A DNA stretch of 64,000 nucleotides from Candidatus Bathyarchaeota archaeon (GCA_963720565.1 CAVRFW010000005.1:192001-256000); one strand, 5' to 3'; shown: positions 30,654-41,123, numbered from the stretch's first letter. The notes: generated by a model not told the origin, from the letters alone. Numbers and translations: made by a program.

Positions 30654-32306
30654 CTAGTCTTCGCCTTCAGGACCGCCCGGCATGCCGCCTGGACCGCCTG
30701 GACCGCCCTTTGGTGCTTTAGCTGTTATTACATCGTCTATGCGAAGTATCATTGCGGCTGATTCAGAAGCAGACTTCACAGCTTGCTCCTTAACTGAGAT
30801 TGGCTCAATGACGCCATTGTCAAGGCTGTTCTGTGTTTTGCCAGTGAAAACGTCTATACCAATGTATTTGCCATCTTCTTTTTCATGCGCGCTGCGCAAA
30901 TCAACAAGCACATCTATCGGTTCGAGCCCCGCGTTTTCCGCAAGCGTTCGCGGAATAACTTCAACTGCATCTGCAAAAGCCTCAACTGCCAACTGCTCCC
31001 TTCCGCCCACCTTAGTTGCATATCTGCGCAATTCCTTGGCAACTTCGATTTCCACTGCTCCACCACCAGCAACGATTTTGTTGTTTTCAATAACGTCTGA
31101 GACGACTGAGAGAGCGTCCGTCATTGCACGTTCAGCTTCATCAACCATACGTTCGAGTCCTGCGCGGATGAGAATCGCCACTGAATGTGGATCTTTACAT
31201 TTTTCGACGAAAATCATTTTGTCATCGCCGATTCTGCGTTCTTCAACTATGCCTGCCATGCCTAGGTCGTTGGCTTTCAAATCTTCCAGGTCGGAAACTA
31301 TTTTCGCGCCAGTTGCACGTGAGAGTTTTTCCATATCGGATTCCTTCACGCGTCTAGCTGCGATTATGCCTTCTTTCGCAAGGAAGTGTTGAACCATGTC
31401 ATCTATTCCTTTCTGGCAGAAAACTACGTCAGCCTTTGATGCCTTGATTTTCTGAACCATTTCCGCCATCATGTTAGTCTCTTGATCTAGGAAAGCCTTC
31501 ATCTGAGAAGGGTCACGAATTCGAATTTCCGCACTGATTTCTGTCTTCTCAATTTCCAGTGCCGAATCCAATAGTGCGATCTTCGCGTTTTCTTTCTTCT
31601 TGGGCATTCCTGGATGAACAACTTCTTTGTCAACAATTATTCCTCGTATAAGCTGAGTCTCGAGGAGGCTTTTTCCCGTTTTCTTCACAAGTTGAATGTT
31701 ATCGATGTCGGCAATCATCTTGTCGCCGCGCTTTTCTGCGATTTGCTTTACTGCGTCGATCGCTATCTGTGCTAAGTGCTCGCGTGCTGCACCAACAGCT
31801 TTGCTGCTCATTGAAGTCAATGCGACTTTCAAGAGGGTTTTCTTGTCTTCTATGTCAACTGGTACTGCAACTTTGCCTATGATTTCTATAGCTTTTTGGG
31901 CTGCTTTTCGGTAGCCGCTTACAAGTATTGTCGGGTGAATATTCTGGTCAAGAAGTTCTTCGGCTTTCTTGAGAAGTTCGCTTGCCAAGACCACGGTGGT
32001 TGTTGTTCCGTCTCCTACCATGTCGTCTTGTGTTTTGGCAATCTCGACCATCATCTTTGCCGCAGGATGTTCAACGTCTATTTCATTGAGAATTGCTGCA
32101 CCATCGTTTGTTATGGTTATGTCTCCCAGACTGTCAACCAGCATTTTATCCATACCGCGTGGTCCGAGTGTTGTCTTGAGGACTTCCCCCACCACTCTTG
32201 CTGCCATTATGTTGTTTCTTTGCGCTTCTTTTCCTCTGCTTCTTGTTGTGCCTTCTTTCAGTATTAGAACTGGTTGTCCTGAACCTGTTGTTGTCAAATA
32301 CGCCAT
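30654..32306 (-). CDS. Thermosome (group II chaperonin) subunit
   Basis: [25 protein letters not shown]; Gly/Pro-rich tail; start taken at ATG 32306 (GAGGT SD). Confidence 0.98.
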   Translation of the reverse strand: MAYLTTTGSGQPVLILKEGTTRSRGKEAQRNNIMAARVVGEVLKTTLGPRGMDKMLVDSLGDITITNDGAAILNEIDVEHPAAKMMVEIAKTQDDMVGDGTTTTVVLASELLKKAEELLDQNIHPTILVSGYRKAAQKAIEIIGKVAVPVDIEDKKTLLKVALTSMSSKAVGAAREHLAQIAIDAVKQIAEKRGDKMIADIDNIQLVKKTGKSLLETQLIRGIIVDKEVVHPGMPKKKENAKIALLDSALEIEKTEISAEIRIRDPSQMKAFLDQETNMMAEMVQKIKASKADVVFCQKGIDDMVQHFLAKEGIIAARRVKESDMEKLSRATGAKIVSDLEDLKANDLGMAGIVEERRIGDDKMIFVEKCKDPHSVAILIRAGLERMVDEAERAMTDALSVVSDVIENNKIVAGGGAVEIEVAKELRRYATKVGGREQLAVEAFADAVEVIPRTLAENAGLEPIDVLVDLRSAHEKEDGKYIGIDVFTGKTQNSLDNGVIEPISVKEQAVKSASESAAMILRIDDVITAKAPKGGPGGPGGMPGGPEGED

Positions 32307-32558
32307 TTTGTTAACCTCACTTTCCTCGGTAGAATTTGTTTTAATCGGAATTAAGCAAAAATCCAACGGAAATATAAATCTTTACCCTTACAGATCGACG
32401 AAGTTGTGAGTATTGAGAGGTTAAACAGCCTCACTATATCTTGTTAGAAAAACCGATTGGTGAGCAGCCTCTGTTATTCCTGAAGCTAATGTCTACATTG
32501 GCAACTTAAGAAAAAGCCGAAGCGGCGCGCGCTTGGACTTTGGATTTGGATTGGTATG

Positions 32559-33659
32559 TTACTTGACTGCAAAGTTAGCGCACAATTCTTCAACTGTTCG
32601 GTTTTGTGTCAGTTCGGCCGCGTTTTGCGCGTAATCCAATATTCTTCTTGAGCTGTCAAGCATCAACCTTAGAATTGCAGAGATGTTTGGATCCAGTTTT
32701 TTGCTCGACATCAGCCGGATTAAGTCGTTCTCAAGAGTGACCAAGGACCCGCGCTTGGTAATTATTCCCTCAGCATAATTGTAGTCTCTCTTGAATAGGG
32801 CTTTTGTTGCATCCTCAAACAGTTGGTGTGCTGCAGAATTAAAGTTGAGTAACTGCGAAAACACTTCCTCGTCAACAGGCTCTTTTATGAACAATTGTTG
32901 ATCATCGATGAGTTTTTGGAATGTGGCAAGATTATTAGCGATGTTAAACGCGTTCTCGGCGATATTCTTTATGTCGTTAACTATGATTCTGTACAAAAGG
33001 AACTCCTTGGGTGTCCTGAACTCCAGTTCCCTGTACATATTATGCTCAATGCCAAACTTCAATTGGCGAACAACATACAAACCCAAGCGGTTCGCGTCGT
33101 TTCGGGCATTAACAATGTTCTGGAACTGCTCGAGATTTCGAGTCTTCAAAGAGGAGATTGCGTCCTTGTTTGCTGAAAGCGCTATTATCGCCATTCTTCG
33201 CACAGCTCTTTCTATGGGAAATTCTGAGTGCTTGATAAGAATCTGAATAGTTACCTCATCCGAGGTTTCATCGATTACTTCGGCGCCAAGAAAAGTCTCT
33301 CTGACGAAGCTCTTTATCTCAACTTTGCATTTAGTCGCATGTTCCTCGCTTCTGAAATGTATTCGTATTACGTCCGCACTTATGACGTACAAAGCTTGTA
33401 TCATTCGAAGAGCGTACTGTAGAGGCTGTTTGGGATCAACATTTATGTAATACTCCTTGGACTTGGATTCCCCCTCATCGAGTCTTTCGCGTATCTTTCG
33501 TGGAATCAAGGTCAGGGATGTATCAGCCTGAACGTTGAAGGCGATTTCGCTTCCTTTCTTTAGTCCGATGTCTTGGACCCATTCTTTAGGCAAGCTGATG
33601 ATGAACGAGCCTCTGCCTGTGGATTGAACGCGTCTATATCCCAAGTCTTTCTTTGCCAT
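32559..33659 (-). CDS. AbrB-type DNA-binding domain plus PhoU-domain regulator
   Basis: RRVQSTGRGSFIISLPKEW N-terminus followed by PhoU-like helical repeats. Confidence 0.85.
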   Translation of the reverse strand: MAKKDLGYRRVQSTGRGSFIISLPKEWVQDIGLKKGSEIAFNVQADTSLTLIPRKIRERLDEGESKSKEYYINVDPKQPLQYALRMIQALYVISADVIRIHFRSEEHATKCKVEIKSFVRETFLGAEVIDETSDEVTIQILIKHSEFPIERAVRRMAIIALSANKDAISSLKTRNLEQFQNIVNARNDANRLGLYVVRQLKFGIEHNMYRELEFRTPKEFLLYRIIVNDIKNIAENAFNIANNLATFQKLIDDQQLFIKEPVDEEVFSQLLNFNSAAHQLFEDATKALFKRDYNYAEGIITKRGSLVTLENDLIRLMSSKKLDPNISAILRLMLDSSRRILDYAQNAAELTQNRTVEELCANFAVK

Positions 33660-33751
33660 GAATATCCCCTTCATATGTTTCATTTAGATGATATAATTCA
33701 TTAACTTACATATAAATGATTTTCAATATGGTTATATGGAATATGTGTAGC

Positions 33752-33934
33752 TAATATAAGTTGATTGCTGTGAAAAAAGGTGAATTACACGCCCGTAAAC
33801 ATGTGTAGAGGTCAAATAAAAAGCGCTGGACAGACCACCACTACCAAAGCCGTTTTTTCTACAAACGATATGGACCTCTACCTTTTCGTGCTCACCTGCA
33901 CGCGTTAACAGCACGGCAAGGGAACTGCAGTGAG
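33752..33934 (+). promoter_or_regulatory. Promoter and structured leader of the glutamate-synthase operon
   Basis: TAATATAAG at 33752-33760; perfect 9-bp GTAGAGGTC/GACCTCTAC pair; segments complementary to the GTG start. Confidence 0.5.
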
Positions 33935-34373
33935 AAGAATAATCGCCAAAGAAGAATTATGCATGGGTTGTGGTCTCTGCGAGGTATACTGCACTGTCCA
34001 GCACTCTAAGACAAAAGATGTAGTAAAGACTTACAATAAGGAAAAGCCCAGGCCTATCAGTAGGGTAAGGCTTGAAGTAAATAGACCTGTTAGCTTCGCC
34101 GCACAATGCCGCCACTGCGAAGATGCTTCCTGCGTTACTGCTTGCCTATCTGGAGCCATGACAAAAGACGAAAAAACTGGTATGATTATGCATGACCCAG
34201 AGAAGTGTATAGGTTGCTGGACCTGCGTTATGGTGTGCCCCTACGGTGCCATCAAAATGGACATTAACAAGAAAATCGTGGCGAAATGTGACTTATGCTC
34301 CGAACTAGAGGTTCCAGCATGCGTTGCCAACTGCCCCAACGGAGCATTAGTGATCAAAGAGGTGAAGCGCTAA
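33930..34373 (+). CDS. 4Fe-4S dicluster ferredoxin-like protein
   Basis: CMGCGLC..C, CRHCEDASC, CIGCWTCVMVCP, KCDLC..C..CP. Confidence 0.93.
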   Translation: MRRIIAKEELCMGCGLCEVYCTVQHSKTKDVVKTYNKEKPRPISRVRLEVNRPVSFAAQCRHCEDASCVTACLSGAMTKDEKTGMIMHDPEKCIGCWTCVMVCPYGAIKMDINKKIVAKCDLCSELEVPACVANCPNGALVIKEVKR

Positions 34374-35647
34374 TGTCAAAATATGTGATTATCGGCGCCT
34401 CAGCAGCAGGTATCGGCGCAGTAGAAGCCATAAGAGAAGTAGATTCATCAGGCACTATAGTGGTTATTTCTGAAGAACAATACCCTCACTATTCTCGCCC
34501 TATGATTTCGGACTTCGTCAGCGGCAAAGCCAATATAGAGAAGATCAAATTTAGAAAGGACGACTTCTGGGAAAGCATTGGCGCCCAAATTTTGACATGC
34601 AGAACTGCAATAGCTCTAAACCTGACTGACAAGTCAGTTACGCTCGATAAAGGCGACAGAATTGGCTTCGAAAAGCTTCTAATCGCCACGGGCGGAAAAC
34701 CATTCGTGCCCAAAATAGAAGGTGCAGATAAAGCCGGCGTATTCACATTTACATCCATATCTGACGCGGAGCAGGTGGCAAAAAAGCTCGAAACAGCCAA
34801 AGCAGCGGTTGTCATCGGCGCAGGCCTCATTGGCATCAGCGTCACTGAAGCCTTGGTAAAACAAGGAGTCAAAGTAACCGTCGTAGAACTGCAAGACAAA
34901 ATTCTGAGTCTGCTGCTTGACCCAAAGGGTTCAGACATCGTTGAAAGCGTTATCAAAAGATCAGGTGTTACAATAATCACAAGCCAGTCTGTTCAACGAA
35001 TAGTAGGAAAGCCAGAAGATGACAAGACAGTAGGCGGAGTAATGCTGACAAAAGGCGATCAGATACCCTGCGACTTGGTGATTTTCGCCATAGGAGTCAC
35101 CCCACGCACCGAGATAGTCTCAAGAACCGATGTGAAAACAAACCGGGGCATAATAGTCGACAATCTCATGCAAACAAACGTTCCAGACGTTTACGCTGGA
35201 GGCGACGTTGCAGAAACATACGATTTCATCCTAAACCAAAACCGCCAGCTACCACTTTGGCCACTTGCTGTATTGGAAGGCCGAGCTGCAGGCTTCAACA
35301 TGGCCGGCAAAAAAACCAGCTACATGGGAGGCACCAGCATGAGCGCACTGAAGTACTTCGACATACCTGTCATCTCATGTGGTATCACCAACCCAAAAGA
35401 AAGCGGCACCTTTGAAATCTTAACCCTGGAAGACCCCGCAAGAAGCATTTACAAAAAACTCGTGCTCAAAGACAACATAATCGTGGGCATGATCCTCTTG
35501 AATGATATTGAAAGGGCGGGGATATTGTTCCAACTAATGAAAAAGCGTGAAAACGTTAAGAAAATCAAGCATGAGCTTCTCCAAGAAGACTTCGGACTTG
35601 CCACTCTACCCCTGTCCATGAGAAAGAAAGTCTACTCGGGGGAATGA
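34373..35647 (+). CDS. FAD-dependent NAD(P)H oxidoreductase (NADH-oxidase/NirB-N-like)
   Basis: IIGASAAG, LIATGG, VIGAGLIG, VYAGGD; start at ATG 34373. Confidence 0.9.
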   Translation: MSKYVIIGASAAGIGAVEAIREVDSSGTIVVISEEQYPHYSRPMISDFVSGKANIEKIKFRKDDFWESIGAQILTCRTAIALNLTDKSVTLDKGDRIGFEKLLIATGGKPFVPKIEGADKAGVFTFTSISDAEQVAKKLETAKAAVVIGAGLIGISVTEALVKQGVKVTVVELQDKILSLLLDPKGSDIVESVIKRSGVTIITSQSVQRIVGKPEDDKTVGGVMLTKGDQIPCDLVIFAIGVTPRTEIVSRTDVKTNRGIIVDNLMQTNVPDVYAGGDVAETYDFILNQNRQLPLWPLAVLEGRAAGFNMAGKKTSYMGGTSMSALKYFDIPVISCGITNPKESGTFEILTLEDPARSIYKKLVLKDNIIVGMILLNDIERAGILFQLMKKRENVKKIKHELLQEDFGLATLPLSMRKKVYSGE

Positions 35648-36780
35648 AAATGCGAACCCCAACCAAAACAAACAACCTATACAACGACGACAAGGACTTC
35701 GATGGCTGCAGCATATTCGGCATGATGAACCTCGAAGGCAACCGTTTCTCATCACGCGACCCAGTCCGAGCGATAGCAAACATGCACGACAGGGGAAACG
35801 GGTTAGGCGGCGGTTTCGCAATCTACGGCGTCTACCCTGCTTTCAAGGACTACTATGCTTTCCACATACTGTACTTAAGCAGAGAAGCTAAGGACAGAAC
35901 TGACAGAACACTAGCTGCGGCTTTTAACATAATCTACGATGAAGAGATGCAAACCCAACCCGCCAACGTGAAGGACCCCCCTCTAGTGTGGAGATACTTT
36001 GTCCAACCCAAAAAACGACAACTGGGAAGTAATACAGAAGACGATTATGTAGCCAAAAAAGTTATGCGAATAAACACAGAAACGGGGAAAGCCTTTGTCT
36101 TTTCAAGCGGCAAAAACATGGGCGTCTTCAAAGGTGTTGGCTACCCCGAGGATATAGCAGACTTCTTCTGTCTGGAGGATTATCAGGGCTACCTGTGGAC
36201 TGTTCATGGAAGATTCCCAACAAACACCCCCGGCTGGTGGGGAGGCGCACATCCATTCAACATACTGGATTGGACAGTCGTTCACAACGGAGAACTATCT
36301 TCCTACGGTATCAACAAACGGTACTTGGAAATGTACGGCTACAAATGCACCATGCAAACAGACACCGAAGTCCTGGCTTATGCCGTAGATTTGCTTATGC
36401 GAAGGCAGCACTTGCCTATTGACTTAGTGGCAAACATTCTAGCTGCGCCGTTGTGGAGTGAGATAGACACAATGGCGCCTGAAAAGCAAACTCTTCACAA
36501 GGTTCTCCGTCAGACCTACGGCAGCCTGTTGATGAACGGTCCTTTCAGCATTATTTTGGCACATCATGGAGAGATGATTGGATTAACTGACAGAATTAAA
36601 CTGCGCCCCTTAGTTGCGGGAACTAGAGGCGACTTTCTATACTTATCCTCTGAGGAAGCAGCAATGCGGCTTGTTTCGCCAATTTTGGATAGGTTTTGGT
36701 ATCCTCGTGGCGGCGAACCGGTGGTCGGGAGACTCCACATCAAATCCAACTCTGTAGCTCCAGCAAACGCGGAGACGTGA
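35644..36780 (+). CDS. Glutamate synthase glutamine amidotransferase subunit (GltB1-like)
   Basis: DG-CSIFG nucleophile, DRGNGLGGG, HGRFPTNT, VHNGE, TDTE, DRIKLRP. Confidence 0.9.
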   Translation: MKMRTPTKTNNLYNDDKDFDGCSIFGMMNLEGNRFSSRDPVRAIANMHDRGNGLGGGFAIYGVYPAFKDYYAFHILYLSREAKDRTDRTLAAAFNIIYDEEMQTQPANVKDPPLVWRYFVQPKKRQLGSNTEDDYVAKKVMRINTETGKAFVFSSGKNMGVFKGVGYPEDIADFFCLEDYQGYLWTVHGRFPTNTPGWWGGAHPFNILDWTVVHNGELSSYGINKRYLEMYGYKCTMQTDTEVLAYAVDLLMRRQHLPIDLVANILAAPLWSEIDTMAPEKQTLHKVLRQTYGSLLMNGPFSIILAHHGEMIGLTDRIKLRPLVAGTRGDFLYLSSEEAAMRLVSPILDRFWYPRGGEPVVGRLHIKSNSVAPANAET

Positions 36781-36783
36781 TAG

Positions 36784-38295
36784 ATGAAGACGTATTTGAT
36801 GCCCGAATATCTTGTTGACCGGGACAAGGAAAGATGCATTCGCTGCAAAGTGTGTGTAAATCAATGCACGTATGAAACACACAGCTACGATAGAGAAGAG
36901 GATGTCATCTGCAGCAAAGATGAAAACTGCGTCAACTGTCAACGCTGCGTTACCCTGTGTCCAACACATGCTATTACCATACGGAAGAACCCGAATGTTA
37001 ACCGCGAGAATTCCAATTGGACATACGAAGTGATCCGTGACTTGAAGAGACAGGCGGAATCTGGTGGCGTCATATTGACAGGTATGGGGTGCGATAAACC
37101 CCACTTCACCTATTGGGATCGCCTTGTGTTAAATGCCAGTCAGGTTACGAACCCTTCGATTGACCCGTTGCGGGAGCCAATGGAGATTAGGACTTTCTTA
37201 GGCGCGAAACCGGATGAATTAATCATAGAGCAAGAGAATGGTGCAATGGTGCTGAAGACCGAACTTGCGCCGCAGTTGTGTTTGGATACTCCGATCATGT
37301 TTTCAGCGATGTCTTATGGGGCCGTTAGCTTGAACGTGCACGAAGCACTGGCGCGCGCCGCAACTGAATGCGGGACATACTTCAATAGCGGTGAGGGAGG
37401 CCTAGACAAGAGCCTATACAAGTACAGCGCTCACGCGATTGTTCAGGTAGCCTCAGGTAGATTCGGGGTTCACCCAAAATACCTAGATAACAGCGCTGCC
37501 ATCGAAATAAAAATTGGCCAAGGCGCAAAGCCGGGGATTGGCGGGCATCTGCCCGGCGAGAAAGTGACCGAGGATATTGCTCGCACACGTATGATTCCAA
37601 CTGGCACAGATGCACTCTCACCAGCACCCCAACACGACATTTATTCGATAGAAGATCTCAGACAATTGATTTATGCGTTAAAAGAAGCTACCAATTACTC
37701 AAAACCCGTGTCGGTAAAAATCGCCGCCGTCCATAACGTAGCTGCGATTGCTAGCGGAATGGTTCGCGCTGGCGCGGATATCATAGCAATAGACGGAATA
37801 CGAGGCGCAACCGGAGCAGCACCGAAGGTAATCCGAGATAACGTGGGGATACCAATTGAACTGGCTGTCGCACAGGTAGACCAGCGTTTGCGTGATGAAG
37901 GCATACGAAACAAAGCATCTCTCATTGCAGCCGGCGGCATAAGAGGCAGCTCGGACATCGTCAAAGCAATCGCGCTGGGCGCTGACGCAGTCTACATAGC
38001 TACTGCCGCCCTTGTAGCCATTGGCTGCACCGTTTGCCAGCGCTGCTATACAGGAAAATGTCCCTGGGGCATCGCCACTAGCGATCCATGGATTTCTAAG
38101 AGGATTAACCCTAACATCGCTGCAGAGCGACTGGTGAATTTGCTACGGGGCTGGAGCTTGGAAATCACGGACATAATGGGCGGTATGGGAATTAACGCTA
38201 TTGAGAGTCTACGCGGCAACCGCTTAGCATTACGCGGAGTAGGGCTAACTGATAATGAGCTTAAAATCTTAGGTGTAAAAGCAGCTGGAGAATAG
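36784..38295 (+). CDS. Glutamate synthase FMN-binding subunit with N-terminal ferredoxin (GltB2-like)
   Basis: AMSYGA, SGEGG, QVASGRFG, KIGQGAKPGIGGHLPG, HDIYSIEDL, C..C..C...C. Confidence 0.95.
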   Translation: MKTYLMPEYLVDRDKERCIRCKVCVNQCTYETHSYDREEDVICSKDENCVNCQRCVTLCPTHAITIRKNPNVNRENSNWTYEVIRDLKRQAESGGVILTGMGCDKPHFTYWDRLVLNASQVTNPSIDPLREPMEIRTFLGAKPDELIIEQENGAMVLKTELAPQLCLDTPIMFSAMSYGAVSLNVHEALARAATECGTYFNSGEGGLDKSLYKYSAHAIVQVASGRFGVHPKYLDNSAAIEIKIGQGAKPGIGGHLPGEKVTEDIARTRMIPTGTDALSPAPQHDIYSIEDLRQLIYALKEATNYSKPVSVKIAAVHNVAAIASGMVRAGADIIAIDGIRGATGAAPKVIRDNVGIPIELAVAQVDQRLRDEGIRNKASLIAAGGIRGSSDIVKAIALGADAVYIATAALVAIGCTVCQRCYTGKCPWGIATSDPWISKRINPNIAAERLVNLLRGWSLEITDIMGGMGINAIESLRGNRLALRGVGLTDNELKILGVKAAGE

Positions 38296-38302
38296 AAAAG
38301 AC

Positions 38303-39109
38303 ATGATTGAACAAGAAAAGATTGATGCAGGAACATATTTGCAACTGCATTCACCCCATGCGAAAATGAAAAATCACGTGTGGAGAGTTGATGCAGACGG
38401 AATGCACTACAAAGACCTTAACAGTCTTCTAAGAACGATTGTCAGCAAAGGCGCTGAGCGAGTTGAGATCCGCAATGTCTGCGGGCAAAGATACATAGGA
38501 ACCGACTTGGAAACCGATAGTCAAATTGATATCTATGGGACTCCCGGAAACGACTTGGGCGCATTCATGAATGGTCCAAAATTGGTAGTTCATGGAAACG
38601 TACAGGAAGGCTGTGGCAACACGATGAATGAGGGACAAATCATAGTTCATGGTAATGCCGGAGACATCACTGGGCACTCGATGCGTGGAGGAAGCATCTT
38701 CATTCGTGATGATGTTGGGTATCGCGTCGGTATTCACATGAAGGAGTATCACCGCAAGAAACCGAAAATAGTGATTGGCGGTGCTGCACAGGACTTCTTG
38801 GCTGAGTATATGGCAGGGGGCATTGTTCTTGTGCTTGGTTTGACCTTATCCAAAGGCGAGCGATCCAAGGCACGATTTGTCGGCACCGGTATGCACGGCG
38901 GGGTCATTTACGAACGAGGCGACATTATGGAAACAAGCAAAGGCACCAAGTTAATGAAAATCGGAAAGCGCGATACCCGTGTAATTGAAAACCTCGTTGG
39001 GGAATACTGCAATCACTTCGGTCTTAAACGAGAAGAAATCATGAATTGCCAATTCTACAAGATAGTATCCGTTTCCAAGAGACCGTACGAAAACTTGTAC
39101 TCAAATTAG
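38303..39109 (+). CDS. Glutamate synthase GXGXG-domain subunit (GltB3-like)
   Basis: GQRYIG, GTPGNDLGAFM, EYMAGG, GTGMHGG beta-helix repeats. Confidence 0.92.
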   Translation: MIEQEKIDAGTYLQLHSPHAKMKNHVWRVDADGMHYKDLNSLLRTIVSKGAERVEIRNVCGQRYIGTDLETDSQIDIYGTPGNDLGAFMNGPKLVVHGNVQEGCGNTMNEGQIIVHGNAGDITGHSMRGGSIFIRDDVGYRVGIHMKEYHRKKPKIVIGGAAQDFLAEYMAGGIVLVLGLTLSKGERSKARFVGTGMHGGVIYERGDIMETSKGTKLMKIGKRDTRVIENLVGEYCNHFGLKREEIMNCQFYKIVSVSKRPYENLYSN

Positions 39110-39132
39110 GCATGCTTATCCGGCTAACAAGA

Positions 39133-40206
39133 TTAATGCTTTTGTTCACGAAGTATTCGCGGAACGTAAGCGCACTGGGGATCAGAACCGAAAATATCAC
39201 CTGTATAAAAGAACGCTGAAGTTCGGCATCCGCCACAAATTTCCCGATACTCGCATACACCACATTTACCTTTAAGCTCACTCTTGTTTCGGATTTTCCC
39301 GAAAAACTCTGAAGACTGCATTTCATTCCAGATACTACTAACTGGTTTGACTTTGACGTTTCCAAGCCTGTAAACATCATTGAAACTACATGGGATAACG
39401 TCACCGTTTTCAGAAATACTCATGAACTTGCCAAAGAAACACCTGCCCAAGAAGAAGTGATTATACCAGTTGTCGAAATCCGGCATTCCTCTTTGCTTCG
39501 CCACACGTGCATAAGATGGATAGTAAACGTTGATGGCGGGTTTTTCCTTGTACACTGACTGTAAATCATAGAGCGCGTTCCATGCCCACTCGTTCTGTTG
39601 AGCTGAAGGAGCAGTTTTAAGACGATATTCATCTTTGCTGTGTGGAATAAAACCGTGATAAATCACCCATCTCGCGGAAAATTTCGCCGCCAAATCAAGC
39701 ACATGGGTGAAATCGCCGGTGTTAACATTCGTGATTGACTCGCTAAAGTTGGCAAAAGTGTAAACGAGACAGTTTAGTAATCCCTCGCGTGAAAGTCTCT
39801 CAATCGCTGAGACCGCGTAACTGTAAGTTCCCTTTCCCCGAATCAAGTCGTTTGTGGTTTCGGCGCCGTCAATACTGATGGAAACCCGAACCTCATTCTT
39901 GACAATATTCTCAAACGCGTCAGCATCTAACAGACGCCCATCAGTAATAATGCTGGTGTTTAAACCGATTTTCCGAGCATATGCTAAAATTTTGAAAAGA
40001 TCTTTTCTTAACAAGGCTTCTCCGCCAGTGACTCCGAAAAAACTCGCTCCAAAATCGTATGCCTGATCAACAATCCGCATGGCTTCTGCTGTATTCACTT
40101 CATCCGGGAAAGCAGGTTTCAACGCTGATGCACAATGTACACAGTTGCTGTCGCAGGCAAAGGTACACCGCCAAGGCATAATATACAAAGGCCCTTTTTC
40201 CTTCAA
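39133..40206 (-). CDS. Radical SAM protein with SPASM domain
   Basis: CDSNCVHC, TGGE, ISIDG; C-terminal C..GDVIPC..CGVC.....CGGCR..DPQC. Confidence 0.92.
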   Translation of the reverse strand: MKEKGPLYIMPWRCTFACDSNCVHCASALKPAFPDEVNTAEAMRIVDQAYDFGASFFGVTGGEALLRKDLFKILAYARKIGLNTSIITDGRLLDADAFENIVKNEVRVSISIDGAETTNDLIRGKGTYSYAVSAIERLSREGLLNCLVYTFANFSESITNVNTGDFTHVLDLAAKFSARWVIYHGFIPHSKDEYRLKTAPSAQQNEWAWNALYDLQSVYKEKPAINVYYPSYARVAKQRGMPDFDNWYNHFFLGRCFFGKFMSISENGDVIPCSFNDVYRLGNVKVKPVSSIWNEMQSSEFFGKIRNKSELKGKCGVCEYREICGGCRTSAFFYTGDIFGSDPQCAYVPRILREQKH

Positions 40207-40291
40207 GAAATCCTTCTCCGATAGCCTTGCAATGGTTTACTCAAGACACTTGTTTCCCTATTTAACCTTCACCTAACCCCGAAGAGCAGAA

Positions 40292-40501
40292 ATGAAACAA
40301 TCGAGAGCGAACCCTCACACTCGAATCGATGAGGCAACACCAGCGGAAAAGTACGCGGGGCAGTTCTTTGAGCACGCTCGCGTCCACGGTTCGCTCGCAA
40401 ACAGCACTCTTGGTCGGATGAACTATATCCGTGGGAATTCTATCGCTGAAGACTTATTGAACATCATAAGAGACGCTGAACAGACAACAGGTGAACAGTA
40501 A
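40292..40501 (+). CDS. Possible small hypothetical protein (69 aa)
   Basis: ORF fills the gap between rSAM and cgi121; no recognisable motif. Confidence 0.3.
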   Translation: MKQSRANPHTRIDEATPAEKYAGQFFEHARVHGSLANSTLGRMNYIRGNSIAEDLLNIIRDAEQTTGEQ

Positions 40502-40553
40502 GGCTTAAGCGCACAGGTTTTCAAATATTTCGTCTTGTCGCAGGAGCATTAGG

Positions 40554-41120
40554 TTGCTTAAGTACATTGAAGAAGATGGAAGATACGTAGAAATCACTGG
40601 TTTTAGAAACATCAGCATCGGAGACCCTGCAGGATTCGTAAAGTCACTTCTTGCGGAGAAGCAGCAGGACATTTGCGTTCAATTCTTCAACGCGAAACTA
40701 GTGGCTACTTGGGAACACCTGTACTTCGCAGCGATAAACGCGCTACTGGCTTACCGCAACAAACGCAACATCTCCAAAACCCTGGCAATGGAAACCATGA
40801 TTTACGCCTCTGGTCAGCGCCAAATCCGAAAAGCTATAGCGCTATTGGGTGTTAAATCAAGCTCTGCAAATATCGCAACAATAATAATTAGCGACAAACC
40901 AGACTCAGTCCAAAAGGCGCTGTCAGCAATTAGGAAGCATATCTGCGCTGAGCCAGATGAGACAGTTCTCGAGTTGACCGAAGACAAAATGCGCGGCATA
41001 TGCAAAAGCTTCAGCATAACTGAGAAAGAGCTGGAGGCAGTAACGAAGAAAAATGACAATAGGCAAGCCATGGTTGACCTCATCATAGAAAGGATGGCTT
41101 TGCTTCAGACCCAGACTTAA
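40554..41120 (+). CDS. cgi121: KEOPS complex subunit Cgi121
   Basis: HLYFAA.NA, ISKTLAME...YASGQRQI.KAI...G. Confidence 0.9.
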   Translation: MLKYIEEDGRYVEITGFRNISIGDPAGFVKSLLAEKQQDICVQFFNAKLVATWEHLYFAAINALLAYRNKRNISKTLAMETMIYASGQRQIRKAIALLGVKSSSANIATIIISDKPDSVQKALSAIRKHICAEPDETVLELTEDKMRGICKSFSITEKELEAVTKKNDNRQAMVDLIIERMALLQTQT

Positions 41121-41123
41121 GTG

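Noticed and set aside
30660..30710. GGACCGCC repeats at the thermosome 3' end
   Set aside because: Encode the usual Gly/Pro/Met-rich chaperonin tail
30682..31392. 236-aa + strand ORF and the many similar antisense ORFs (e.g. 5401-5949, 8712-9437, 48366-48905)
   Set aside because: Shadow ORFs opposite well-supported genes; Ser/Ala/Thr-rich antisense composition and no motifs
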